A stretch of 64,000 bases of DNA from Chiloscyllium plagiosum (taxonomy: Eukaryota). Of this stretch, positions 10,892 through 23,827 are shown in pieces. Each line of letters begins with the position of its first letter. Positions within the stretch are counted from its first letter, which is position 1. Under the pieces are notes generated by a model, which saw only the letters and a list, made by a program, of their open reading frames with translations, was not told where the DNA came from and ran no database searches. The position numbers were made by a program, and so were the translations under genes. The stretch lies in NCBI RefSeq assembly GCF_004010195.1, contig NC_057746.1:22812989-22876988 (forward strand). Reading direction: 5' to 3'.

Positions 10892-12783
10892 GTAAGTGTT
10901 ATACAATATTCAGAAATATTATGGCAAGGAGGATGCAGAGAATGAAATGTGGTAAATGCAGCTAAATCCAACTTTCAAAGATTAAGGTAGAAATTTATCT
11001 TGGATGGATCTGCAAGAAACGCCATTAAAGTGTACTCTTGATATTCAATTCTGTTGGAATTCTGTTAATGGAATAGAATATTAGTTGAATCTCTAAATGT
11101 TCTCTAAAATTATGATGTTAAATCTGGCAGAATAAATACTGAGACTGGGGATGTACTGAGAACAATTATCAGATGACTTATTCGCAGGGCACCAAGTATA
11201 TCACAATAAAAGGCAAAATATTGCAGATATTGGAAATCCAAAATAAAAACAGAAGGTGGTTGAGAAGCGCATCATTGGAGGAAAGAGTTCCATACAAGAG
11301 TCATAGTGGACTCAAAACATTAACTCTGTTTCTCTCTCCACAAGTGCTGCTGAGTTTCTGCAGGACTTTTCTAATAAAAACATTATAACTCCATCACAGA
11401 CAGTAATGTTGTCTGAGCTGGAGCTGGCTGACCAGCAGAAGAGTCGATCACAAAGGACAACAGTGGGGCTGTCCGAGATGGAGCATCTGACACCTTTACA
11501 GAATAATCTCACATGGGACAATGGCACGCTGGTGTAATCATTTAACTCTTCCCATGGTGCATGCTTTCCTGAGCATAGATGCATGCAATATCACAACAAT
11601 TATTTGAGGCAGTCAATACTGTTCCATCCTCTTAACAACTATTCACCAAGGTGATATTTGACATCATCAGTTTTCAATTTTGTCAAAAGATATGCCAACA
11701 ACTGATCAAATGGCACAGTCACAAAACTAATTGCTGATTTATTAACAATTATTTCAATCTGAAGTCTGAACAAACACCAAACCATGAATACTACTTTGCA
11801 ATCGCTATTACTCTACGAAGTGTCATGATCTGTCATATTTCCATTAATTCATCACTGATGAAATGGTGGATTCTGTGTTGTAGCTTCTCTTTCACCTCTT
11901 CCATTTAACTTCTGAATAAAAGCCAGGATGAGCCTGGACTCTGTCATTCACATACAGTTGCCAGAGAGAGAGACAACTGATGGTGAGTTTAACCTGAGGG
12001 TCACCAAGCCTCCAGCAGAGAGAGGAGTTGAGAAGGAGAATCCTTCAAGATAATTTCAGCCAGTACAGGAATTGAACCTATGCCATTAGAATTACTCAGT
12101 TTCACAAGCCAGTTGCTTAGCCAACTGACAGTCCATAAACCAGGGGTCATAGATTCAAACTAGGTGACAGAGGAATTGGCGGGGATGTGAGGAAATAATA
12201 ACCTTTTTTTACACAGAGGGTAATGGGTATCTGGAATTCACTGCTTGAGTTGCCAGTGGAGACAGAGGCCTTAAACCATTTGAAAAAGTGCCTGGATCAG
12301 CACCTTAAGTGTTGTAAGCTGTAAGGCTATGGGCCATGTGCAGGGAGATGGGATGAGAAAGGACATCTGGGTGACTTAAGGTCACACGACAACATGGGCA
12401 GAATGCCTCCCACCCCCCAGCAACCCCCACACCCCCCTCCCCCTTCTGTGCTATATCATTGCTGTGGTTCTAACTGAGCTGGTCAATCCCACATGACTAT
12501 ATAACAGACAGCTAGTTTGCATATCAAGAAGCCCCTAAAATACCAGACCACCTGATATTATTTCCATTCTCGATTAGGGCATAATGGATTTAAATCTTAT
12601 TACTAATTGCTTAATATTGCACAATTATAGCAATTGATATGAAGGGATTCTGGCAGTGGAGGACAAAGACACTAGCAGTGCTAACTTCATGTTTACAATA
12701 AGGAGAAACAGGGAGTTCCCTGGTCTCCTTGCTCAGTATTATTACAGCTCACCCATTTAAGTGTGACTGTGCTTTTCCACCAG

Positions 12784-12792
12784 GTTCCTTAG
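12784..12792 (+). CDS. Probable CALHM terminal exon (Val-Pro-stop), 3'UTR extending to about 13040
   Basis: Acceptor GTGCTTTTCCACCAG| followed by GTT CCT TAG in phase 0; AATAAA signals at about 13022-13031; lies in non-repetitive sequence. Confidence 0.55.
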   Translation, partial: VP

Positions 12793-13904
12793 GATCCATC
12801 CAAATCGCAGTAGTCCACTAACAGTAAGGATTGTAAGAAGAGGAACATCAAATCACATCTATTACTGGAAGTGGCGCCAAAGGCAACAGACCCCTGATAT
12901 GGAACACAATTGAAAATATGCATTCAACTTTTACTAACTGTTAATTACTCACATGTTTGGATAAATAGTTTTCTTTCACACAGTAGATTACAATATTTCT
13001 GTGATATCTGAAGTCAGGTTAAATAAATAAAGGATTTCAGGCAAAAAAAAACGTTGTCAGACCTGAGTAGCTGGGACTGAATGGATTCTGACAGTGGTAA
13101 GAAAGCCAACAGATATAAAACAAAATAGCAGAGAGTCATTAAAACTTCACTCTGCAAGATATTGACAGCCTGGTGAGTCACACTGGCTTTGAATTTTCCA
13201 GCACCTGCTCCAATCGGCATGAAGGGAAAGTTAAAAGGGAATCGGCAAATCTTCCAGACTTGTTAGAAGAAGGATGAGGTTGCGCACAGCTAAGCAATGA
13301 ACCTGAACAAATCAGGGCAGCAAATTTGTTATTAGTGATGGGGAGGAACTGCCACAACTGTATTACATGCAAGGTTTCAGTGAGAATCAGAAAAGCCAGT
13401 CCTATGGAATTTTGGAGGTTCAGAAGGACCATCTACTACTGTCATTCATGAATGTTATGTGTTCCAAGTAATTCACTGCAGATTTGTCCTTTAATTGCCT
13501 CTTTTTTGACTTAAACTTATTTCAAATTTGATTTGAATTCTGTTCCGTGTCCCTTTTTGAACTTGCATTTTCTTTGGCTGTTTCATTTTTACTTTCCAGC
13601 TCCCTTTGTATTTGGCTATCTGCTGCAGACCTTAGTCATGTCCTTGCCATTGGCATTCTATTTTGCATGGTTTCTCACCTCTCTCCACTTACTTTTAACT
13701 TCACACTTAACTTCAATGTGGACTGCAGTGGTTCAAGAAGGCAGTTCAGCATCACCCTCACAAGGGCAACTAGGGATGGACAATAAAATGTCGGCCAGCC
13801 AACAATGCCAACAGCCCACAAGTGAATTAAAAATATCAACTGGAGGATTCTGTAGCTGTATTCATCCTTGTATATTAATTCCCTTTGTCCCTACATTCTA
13901 ATGG

Positions 13905-14818
13905 CTCTCAGAGAGACATAGATAGGATGCAGAGCTGGGCTGAGAGGTGGCAAATGGAGCTTAATGTGGACAAGTGTGAGGTGATACACTTTGGACGGAG
14001 TAATCGGAATGCAAAGTACTGGGCTAATGGTAAGATTCTTGGGAGTGCAGGTGAGCAGAGAGATCTCGGTGTCCATGTACACAGATCCCTGAAAGTTGCC
14101 ACCCAGATTGACAGGATTGTTAAGAAGGCATACAGTGTTTTGGCCTTTATTAATAGAGGGATTGAGTTCCGGAACCAGAAGGTTATGCTGCAGCTGTACA
14201 AAGCTCTGGTACGGCCACACTTGGAGTATTGTGTACAGTTCTGGTCACCGCATTATAAGAAGGATGTGGAAGCTTTGGAAGGGGTGCAGAGGAGATTTAC
14301 TAGGATGTTGCCTGGAATGGAAGGAATGTCTTACGAGGAAAGGCTGAGGGCCTTGAGACTGTTCTTGTTAGAGAGAAGAATGTGACTTAATAGAGACATA
14401 CAAGATAATCAGAGAGTTAGATAGGGTGGAAAGGGAGAGCCTTTTTCCAAGTATGGGAACAGCAAATACAAGGGTACACAACTTTAAAGTGAGGGGAGAC
14501 AGGTATAAGACAGATGCCAGAGGTAGTTTCTTTACTCACAGAGTAGTAAGGGTATGGAATGCTTTGCCTGCAATGGTAGTAGATTCGCCAAGTTTAAGTG
14601 CATATAAGTCGTCATTGGACAGGCATATGGACGTACATGGAATAGTGTAGGTGGGATGGGCTTCAGATTAGTATGACAGGACATAGACATAGAGATATAG
14701 AGATGTACAGCATGGAAACAGACCCTTCAGTCCAACCCGTCCATGCTGACCACAGCGCAACATCGAGGGCCGAAGGGCCTGTATTGCGTTGTAATGTTCT
14801 ATGTTCTATGTTCTATGT
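13905..14818 (+). mobile_element. 5'-truncated CR1 LINE (RT C-terminus and 3'UTR) with (TTCTATG)n tail
   Basis: ORF 13885-14385: QRDIDRMQSWAERWQM...KALVRPHLEYCVQFWSP...LERR; tail GTTCTATGTTCTATGTTCTATG. A short inverted CR1 tail is nested at about 14681-14752. Confidence 0.93.
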
Positions 14819-16029
14819 AATTCTTTTATTTATTTTTCATTTTGAAACCATAAGTTTGTTACACCACAGTTGCAATGTATTTACAATTGCACTGCACATT
14901 TTGTCCACATGCACCAGCAGAGGGAGTCTTCAAGAATTCAGTAATAGAGGATCAATGTTTAATAGCTCAGTTGTGCAGTTATAATTTGAAGAATCCCCTA
15001 TGTAACTGCTTCCAATCCAAAAATTTCGCACCAGTGACTGAGTAAAAGCCACATCTCTAAGTTATGCACATCTTGATTTCTGGACACATTAGTATTGCCA
15101 TTCCTGTTTGTAATCACTTTCCAATCATCTCAACCCCAAACTACAGCCTCTGTTTGCCCAATGTATTCATCTTTGTGGCATGCATCTAATTGGATGTAAA
15201 TGAATGTTTTATCACACAATCGGACAATTTGTGACTGTTAGTCAAGCACAGTTTGAGTTCTGAAGGGTTATTGGATTTGAAGTGTTATCTCTGTTGCTCT
15301 CTTCACAGTCGCTGCCAGATCGGCTGAGTTTCTCAAGCAATTTCTGTTTTAGTTATGATTTTTCTCCAATTTCGAGGGAAATTTTATCCTACAGTTTGTC
15401 CACAGTCATGGCCTGGAGATGTATGGCATCCTGGATTTTAGTTTTGCATTCCTCAAAATTCCAGGGTAAACCAAAAGATTTGGAAACCACTAGCGTCACC
15501 TGTAGCCCCTCTGAGTTTGATCAATTTCTCGCAATTTGCAGTTGGTCAGTCAGTCATGGGGAATTGTGGGATGAATGTGTTTCTGACCTTTAACCTGCAG
15601 GAGTGACTGTGACTCTGAAGTTTTCTCACTGTTGGTTGGTTGTGGTTAGAAAATTAGAAATAGTCTGTCAGTGAAAATATGAATGAAAGTACATAGATGA
15701 GACATGACCACATCGTAAAAGGACAACTGTCTAGCTTCACATTCCAGATCCTACAGAGGTTAGAGTGAGGGGAGTCAGTGCTGGAGAGGTGAACTGCAAA
15801 GTAGTCACTTCAAACAAGAGTCACAGGGTCCAATATTCAGCCTCGAGTCTCTGTCTGATATTCCCTTTTCTGATAGCAGACCCTTAGGCCAATGAGTCTC
15901 AGAATGGTCTGGTCCTCAGACAGGACTGTCTGTGGGCTGTCTGTGGATCCAGACTCAGAAAGGCTGGAGTTATGGAAGGAGGGAAGCTTAGAGAATTCAA
16001 TTAATAGTTTACATTCTTGCTGTGATTTT

Positions 16030-16395
16030 ACAGCATGGCAACTGGAGCAGGCAGCAGCATAAAAGTAATATCACTGAGCTAGTATTCTAGATCTCTAGGC
16101 TAATTTTCTGCAATCACAGGTTCAAATTCAACAATGGCAGATGGTCAAGTTATTAATTCAGTCTGAAAAATCAGGAATTAAAAGAAAGTTGACCTAATGG
16201 CGTCCATGTAATCATTATTGATTGTTGTAAACAGAAAACCATCCAGTTCACAAATATCTTCCTCACCTGTGACTCCAGATCCATGGCAATGTGTTTCGCT
16301 CTTAACTTCTCTCTAAAATCACTCTAGCAAGATATTGAGATCATGGAGCAGTTGGGGATGAGCAATAAATGCTAGCAATGCCCACATCCCATGTA
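16030..16395 (+). mobile_element. Deu-domain SINE (SacSINE1-like), degraded
   Basis: tRNA-like head, central ATGGCAGATGGT...AAAACCATCCAGTTCAC, tail GAGCAATAAATGCT...CCCACATCCC. Similar copies at 17570-17830 (+) and about 33680-34230, 39690-39880, 51975-52135 (-). Confidence 0.6.
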
Positions 16396-16589
16396 TGCCT
16401 GCAACCATTTAGCCCCTTGCTTTATCTCTGCTGTGTTTGTACAGCTTCCCTTAAAACTCGACTCACTAGGATGGCATAATGGCTCGGTAGTTAGCACTGC
16501 TGCCTCACCACACCAGGAGCTGGGTTCAATTCCAGCCTCAGGTGACTATCTATGGGTAGTTTGGCTCTTAACTGCTCTCTAAAATCACT

Positions 16590-17245
16590 CTAGCAAAAGG
16601 CCTTCATCAGGGATAGAGGCAGGAAGCCTCCACGGTGGACAGATAAACAGGGGGTTGGGGGTGGGACTGAGGAGAAAGTAGCAAAGAGTACAATAAGTGA
16701 ATGGGGGTGGGGATGGAGGTGATAGGTCAGGGGTAGGGTGGAGTGGATAGGTGGGAATGGAGATTGGCAAGTAGGACAGGTCATGGGGTTGATTGGTACG
16801 AGTGTCCCGGAGATGTTCCCTAAAGTGCTCTGCTAGGAGGTGTCCAGTCTCCCCAATGTAGAGGAGACCGCATCGGGAGCAACGGATACAATAAATGACA
16901 TTGGTGGATGTGCAGGTGAAACATTGATGCAGGTGGAAGTCTCCTTTTGACCTTGGATGGAGGTGAGAGAGGAGGTGTGGGCACAGACTTTACAATTCCT
17001 GCGGTGGCAGGGGACGGTGCCAGGACAGACGGGCCGGTTGTTGCGGGATGTGGACCTGACCAGGTAGTCACGGAGGAAACGGTCTTTGTGGAAAGCGGAA
17101 AGGGGTGGGGAGGGAAATATATCCCTGGTGATGGGGTCCATTTGGAGGTGGTGGAAATGTCGGCAGATGGTGCGGTTAATGCGAAGGTTGGTAGCATCGA
17201 AAGTGAGGACCAGGGGGTTTTGTCCTTGTTACAGATGGAGGGGCA
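16590..17245 (-). mobile_element. Penelope-like element 3' fragment (GIY-YIG endonuclease, frameshifted)
   Basis: DPITRDIFPSPPLSAFHKDRFLRDYLVRS...PCHRRNCKVC, followed by frameshifted VIYCIRCSRCGLLYIGET; 3' end contains CCTGATGAAGG. Confidence 0.9.
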
Positions 17246-17879
17246 TCATCCGCCAACATTTCTGCTACTTCCAAATATGACTCTCTTTGGAACTCCATTA
17301 GTGCTGTACCTCTCTCTAGATATGCTGTCAGAGCTGCTGAGTCTCTTCAGCATTTTGTTTTTTTTTCAAATTTCCAATATTCACAGTATTTGATTCTGAA
17401 TGTGCATTATACAGTGTGTAAATTCCTGTCTGAGGTGGATTTGCCCTTGACATCCCTAACAAAGAGGAAGTGTATGTGACAGAGTGGAAGTGGTGTACCT
17501 CTATAGCACTCTCCCTATTGCGACCTCTACCACCTAGAAGCAGACCTATATGAACATGGGAGAGGGGATGCCCTAGTGGTGTTGTCGCTAGACTAATAAT
17601 CTGGAGACCTGACTCATGCTCTGGGGACCTGGTTTTGATTCCTTCCACAAAACAGGATGGAGTTTGAACCTAAAAAAAATCTAGAATTAAAAGTCTATTG
17701 ATGACCAGGAAGTTATTGTTGCTTGTCAGGAGGAAAACCACCCAGCTTGTTGACTAAAGGCGTTTAGGGAAGGAAACTGCCATCCTTACCTGTTTTGGCC
17801 TATGTGTGACTCCTGACCAACAGCCAAATGGTTGACTCTCAACCCTGTGAATTATTTTTCTAAAAATAATATCAATTGC

Positions 17880-18200
17880 CCTCTAAGCCACACACCATCC
17901 TGACTCAAAACTATATAATTGCTCCTTCACGACTGCTGGTTCAAAATTCTGGAACTCCTTTCCTAAAGCACTGCTGATAAATCAGCACCATATATGAACT
18001 GCAGTGGTTCAAGAGGGCAACTCATCAGCACCTTCTCAAGGGCAACTAGGGGCAGCCATAATGCTGTCCCAGCCAGCACGGAATAAAAATTAATGGGCTG
18101 CAGTGGGTTCAAGAAGGTGGCTCACTAGCCCTTTCTCAAGTGTAGTTAGGGATGAGCAATAAATTCTAGCCTTGTCAGCAATGCATACATCCCATGAAAT
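17880..18200 (+). mobile_element. LINE 3' end fragments (L2/CR1-group tail shared with the Deu-SINE), two tandem tails
   Basis: CTGCAGTGGTTCAAGA...TTCTCAAGGGCAACTAGGG; the same tail occurs at 13718-13830 and, on -, at about 41275-41640. Confidence 0.65.
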
Positions 18201-18506
18201 TATATAGAAGCAAACTATTCAACAGATTGGTAAAAACTGGGAGGAGAGTGTAAATCAGTTTAAATCAATGCTTGTATGATTTTTGCTACAAGGAGGCCAC
18301 AAGTCCCCAGCTGGCAGGAAATACACACATTACTCTTTAATGGACCAGTGTCTTGAAGAGGAGACCTATTCTTGACAGGTTCAGAGGTTATAACTTATAT
18401 ATGATAAGTGCAGTCATACATGATGCTCGGTCTGTGTCATGAATTGACTGTGATTCCTGGAGGAGTCAGAGAGGATTTATTTAGAGTTTTATTTCCAACT
18501 TAATTG

Positions 18507-18547
18507 TCTTTTCTCTCTCTCTCTCCCTCTCTCTCTCTCTCTCTCCT
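18507..18547. repeat. (CT)n microsatellite
   Basis: Seen directly. Confidence 0.95.
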
Positions 18548-19264
18548 CTGGCATCTCCCCTGTCCCTGAGGAAATGTCATGGCTCCGGGCGGTTGGAAAA
18601 CAGAAATGTGTGGGTACGTGGCCAGTGTTGCCCGAGCCATTCATGTGAGGTAGGCTTAAAAGATCAGCTGGTATTGTCCTGTTACTTCTGCACATGAGGA
18701 ACAGTAAATCACAGGGAATAAAAACAAAGGAAATGAATAGCTGTTGGCAAGGATTTCTTTGTGATTTCCCTTCACAATTAGGAGGAAGGTCTTGGATTGA
18801 TAAACATACATTCGATCAGACTCTGACTTCCTCAAGCCTCTGCATTTCATTGCAAAATTGAAACTATGTCAAAGTATAGATCTCATGGGAGTTAATATTT
18901 GTGAACAATTTTTGTTTCGTTTCATTACATAGGCAGAGGGTTATATGCCTGGGGACAAAAATGATATACTGCATTAAAAGTGTACCCTGTATGCATAAAG
19001 TTTCTGAATAATCTTTCCTCTGCAAAGGTTGAAAGTCATGCAGGCAGACTCAATTATTATGTCAATATCAGAATTTAGTCAATTTCAATGATTCCAGCTA
19101 ACTGACACTAAAATATTTTTGAGTTATGAAAACAAAATAGTCATCAAGTCCATTTTCATCAATATCTTCTGAAGTTTAGTAAAGGGGATACACAATACAT
19201 ATAAGATTACAATATATACAGTGGATCAGTAATAGCGAACTTTCACATTGCTGAAAAGAAATAC

Positions 19265-19870
19265 AAAGTTGAAGCTTTTCATCTTGTACCCATCAGGACT
19301 GGGACCAAAGAAAACAAACTTTGAAAGGAAACACCAATTTTTATAGCATGAGAATAGGGTGCTGACTGGTTAGATTGCGGCTGGCATGGAGATGTGTTTG
19401 GATCTGTTAGCAATCACAGTTTGCTGATTAACCTCAGGCCAGACAGGAAGACTCAGATTGGGTGAGGAGATGCTATAGGGAATGCAGTAAGGATTGGGAG
19501 TCACCATATTGAATGATAGAATTGCATGTTTGCTATTGGAAGTCTCCTGAATGAAAATGTTGCAATGTATGCACAAACTCCATTTACCTAGACAGAACAG
19601 AGTCTTTGTGTGAACATACATAGTTTCTAAGACGCACAAATGAAACACACTGCCAGCCTAACTAAGAATGTTAAATTGGCTTATCGTGTAAGTTTTATAA
19701 TAGTCAGGATTATTTAGTAAATGTTTTCCAATACAGAATCACATCTAGTGATGAATATTATGTTCTGAATTTTACAAGCACAGCCTGATTTGACATACTC
19801 GAACTTTGTGGTTTTTTTTAGCAATGTTTAAACTAGAAATATATTATAGATATCTTAAATTATAATATAT
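19265..19870 (-). mobile_element. Old Penelope-like remnant (third family)
   Basis: Minus ORF LCVLETMYVHTKTLFCLGK resembles a PLE GIY-YIG C-terminus (L-x-x-LEA-x-Y-I...LC); the 3' end reads GTCCTGATGGGTACAAGATGAAAAGCTT, a decayed hammerhead motif. Confidence 0.5.
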
Positions 19871-21267
19871 ATTATTTTGAATCGCATATAACATACAACA
19901 CAAGACAGGCCATTCAGCCCAACCAGTTTGTCCTTTATTTTATAATATTGTACACTATTATTGATGTATGTGTAGTTTGATGTATGCAAATTGTCTGTTG
20001 TGTAACTTCGGAGCAGCAACTATACTTCAAACATTCTCCTTGCCTGTGAAGTGCTTCTTTGCAACAACCTGAGGTCATGAAAGTTACTCTAATATCTTCT
20101 TTTTATGTTGTTTCTTTTTATCAAGTCCACAAATCTGCTTCTGCAATGCTGTCCCTTGACTGGTGTACAGTTCCTTGTGTTGCTTTCCAGTGCTTTGACT
20201 GCAAAAAGGCTAGGCTCCCTCACCAGCGAGCGATCGGGAGTTAGACCTCTGGTTGGTCTCCAGCCACCCAATCCCTTTCACTCACTGGCAATGAAACCAA
20301 ATGTAGCTCCTTTACTAGCCCCTCCAGCACAATTGAAATGAACTCAGCAATTGAACTAGATTCTTACTGGTTCCTATCTGCAATAAGTAGCATACACTCA
20401 CTGGCTAAGACATTGTTGAAACTCTGCCTTGGACACAGAGTCTGATATCACAGTGACAATACGGACAGAAGATGGCTATTTAACCCCTAGAGCCCATTGT
20501 ATCATTCATTCAGAATATAGCCAATCTGCATCTCGACTCCATTTTCCCAAAGAATCCTAAGCCTAACCCATTCTCACCCTGCAAAAATCTGTATATTTCA
20601 ATGTTGAAAGTTTGAAATTGTACCCAATATCCACAGCCTTTTGAAAGAAAGCATTTCCCATTCCTATCACTTTTTGTGTGAAGAAGGCTTGTTTAATCCT
20701 GCCCATGCATAATCCAGCTTTAATTTTAAATCCTAATGCAATTATTAGTTTTCCCATCAGAAAATTATAGTATTCTTTTATTCTTGCATTATTTTAAACA
20801 TCAATTAGATCACTCACGCATGATTAAAAGATTGGTTTAGACAAACTTGTCTTTACAATTTAAACCTTTAAAGTATGAAAGCATGAAAATATGATTTAGG
20901 AGTAGCCCCCCTCCAGTCTGGTCCAAAAATCAATAAGATTATGGCCCTCTGGTTGTGGCTTCAACCTCATTTTTATGCTTTTTCCCAAAATCATTTGACT
21001 CCTTTTGTTAACCAAGAATCTATCTAACTCAGCCTTAAAAATATTCAATGGCCTTGCATCTAACGTTCTCTGGGAAAGTTACACAGGTCTGCAAATCACT
21101 AAGGAGAAGAAAATTCTTCTTATTCACTGTCTTCAATTGGAAATTCCTCATTTTTAAAACGTCTCCTGGTTCTATACGTCCCATAGGGGAAAGCCTCCTT
21201 TCAGCAGTCATTCTTTTGAGTTCCCTCAGGCAAACGCATGCTTCAATAAGATCAGCTCTTCCAGACT

Positions 21268-21740
21268 GATTCTAGGATGGCAGGACTGACATATGAACAA
21301 AAAAATGGATCAATTGGGCTTGTACTTATTAGCATTTTGAAGAATGGCAGGGGGAGAGGAATCTCAAGAAACATATAAAATCCTGATGGGTCTGGACAGG
21401 CTACATGAGGGAAGAATATTCCCAATGTTTGGAAAATCCAGAACTGGGGGGGTCACAGTATAAGAATAAGGGGTAAGTCATTCAGAACTAAGGTGAGGAA
21501 GAATTTTGTCACTCAGAGAGTTGTGAACCCGTGCTATTTTCTCCCACAGGAAGCTGTTGGGGCCAGTTCATTAAATATATTCAAGAGGGAGCTGGACATG
21601 GCCCTTGTGGCTAAAGAGATCAAGGGGCATGGGGAGAAAGCGGTAATGAGATACTGAGATTGCGTGATCGGCCATGTTCATATTGAATGGTGGTGCAGGC
21701 TTGAAGGGCCGAATGGCTGGCTCCTGCACCTATTTTCTAC
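21268..21740 (+). mobile_element. CR1 3' fragment inserted into older minus-strand CR1 remnants (about 20440-22020)
   Basis: GAGGAAGAATTTTGTCACTCAGAGAGTTGTG...GGCTTGAAGGGCCGAATGG CR1 3' end. Confidence 0.8.
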
Positions 21741-22942
21741 ATACCCACATTTTTAAACTTCAGTAAATACAGTCCAATCTGTTTGACCTTTCCACAAAGG
21801 ATAACACCCTCATCCCAGGAGTCTGCCAAGTGCACGTCCTTTGAACTGATTTTAACACAATTAGGTCTTTTCTTAAATAAAAAGATCAATATTGTGTGCA
21901 ACCTTCTAGATGTGGCCTGACTAGTATCTCAGGCAACAGTAGTAAAAGATTCCCATTTTAATATTCCAGTCCTCTTGAAATCATTATAACATTGCATTTG
22001 CCTTCTGAATCTCTTGCTGTGACAACTGGTATATCATAAATCAGCTGAATATAAAGCAGAGACTTTTCGACTATAGCTTAATGGTAAATGTCATGAAACT
22101 CTGTAAAACAGTAAAAGGGGAAGTGATACTTGTAGCAAACTGTGTGCCTCTTGGCAGGCATGTTGTCTGCAGCTCACATATATTGATGTGGTATGTGCCT
22201 GTCACTATTGGTGACTAAGTGTCTGTTATTGCTATTGCAGAATACAAGAAAATGATGTTGGAAATTATAAACACTACAAACAGGCAAATGAACAGACACA
22301 GTGAGATGTATAGACAGCTAGATGGACAAATATAGCAAGGTAGAGAGACAGAAAGAAAGGTGGGGGTGAATGGTGGGAATGTAAAACAGCCAGAATCGCT
22401 TTGGTTGTCATTTACAAGACATAGTCAAGCTGACTTTCCATTGAGGCGTATGATTTGTTGTCGACGTTACCAACTGCTGTTTTAAAATGAGGAGCCCGCT
22501 ATAAGCTAGCGTACAGGGTCACCATCCAATCAGGGATGACAGGTTGACCGTGGACACTAAAGGACCAATGGGAGGACCTCCAAACCTCGGATTGACAGAC
22601 CCACCAGCTGAGCTCTGTGAGTAGCTGGTCTGAAGGTAGAGACTGGGAGGGAGAAGGTCAGAATGTGACCCTGGAGGAGCATCCCTTCTCCCACCACCAC
22701 CCCTCCCCTCTAACAACATCTCACCCTGATCTACACTGTTCCAGTGAGCTCCTCACAGTGCCAAATTGAGTTCTCTGTTGGTGTCGGGGACGGAGTCTTA
22801 ATTGGCCCTGAAGTACATCAGCTTGCAGATGGCTGACTACCTGCAACTTGGCAACTGCCCTTCTAACCCTGATCTTTGACCCGGCCTCTTTGGAAATGCC
22901 TCCTGATCAGGATTGTGGTGCCACCACATTGTGCCACATTTG

Positions 22943-23265
22943 GGCGGCACGGTGGCTCAGTGGTTAGCACTGCTGCCTCACAGCACCATGGACCTTGGTT
23001 CAATTCCCGCCTGTCTGTGTGGAGTTTACATATTCTCCCCGTGTTTGCGTGGGTTTCCTTCGGGTGCTCCGGTTTCCTCCCACAATCCAAAGATGTGTGG
23101 GTCAGGTGAACTGGCCAGGCTAAATTGCCCACAGTGTTAGGTGTGTTAGTTAGGGGTAAATATAGGGTAGGAGAATGGGTTTGGGTAGGTTACTCTTCAG
23201 AGGGGTGGTGTGGACTTGTTGGCCCGAAGGGCCGGTTTTCACGCTGTAGATAAACTAATCTAATC
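22943..23265 (+). mobile_element. HE1-type SINE, full length
   Basis: GGCGGCACGGTGGCTCAGTGGTTAGCACTGCTGCCTCACAG head, V-domain TGTGTGGAGTTT...GGGTTTCC, CR1-derived tail ending TAATCTAATCT. Confidence 0.92.
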
Positions 23266-23419
23266 TGTGAGTCCAACCCACCTTCAATCTGGTCCCAACC
23301 TCAACTTAAAATTCAGCTCCAGATGTTCAGTGCTGCTGAAGTCAATGAGACGGAACATTGATTGGACGGAGTGTAGAATGGGTAACTGCCAAGACAGCCA
23401 ATCAGTTGCATCAAAGCAC

Positions 23420-23645
23420 TAAAGACCTGGCCGAGGTGGACGTCAACAGGTCCAGGCAGAGGCTCATGGAAACGTTGTTAGTGCCCAACTCTCTGCTCTT
23501 CTTCCGTGGGTATGTCTGTGCTGGGGTGTCCATCAAGATTCAGCACGCAGTGTCCACTGGTACAAGAGAGATCTTTCAAGATCAGTGGGCACCGCAGTGG
23601 CTGGGGTGCATCATCAACTCGAAAAGCAACATTTTGATAAGTTTC
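23420..23645 (+). mobile_element. Tx1/L1-clade LINE ORF2 C-terminal fragment
   Basis: LAEVDVNRSRQR...LLFFRGYVCAGVSIKIQHAVSTGTREIFQDQWAPQWLGCII resembles the Tx1 ORF2 terminus; recognised from memory only. Confidence 0.6.
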
Positions 23646-23827
23646 CATTCCAGTTCTGAATGCTTCCATTGACTATTTGATTCTGACTTTGTTATGGGGC
23701 CCCGCCTGATTAAAGTTTTATTTTGAAAGAGTAGAACGGGGCAACCGATGCAACGCTGTCTTTGTTCTATCTCTAGCGACCCCAAGTTTGTTCCTCTATA
23801 CACAGACGGGAGTCAAACAGAGATTGG

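Noticed and set aside
22943-23010. tRNA-like A/B boxes (also at 2656, 16469 and 24780)
   Set aside because: These are SINE heads followed by SINE body, not tRNA genes.
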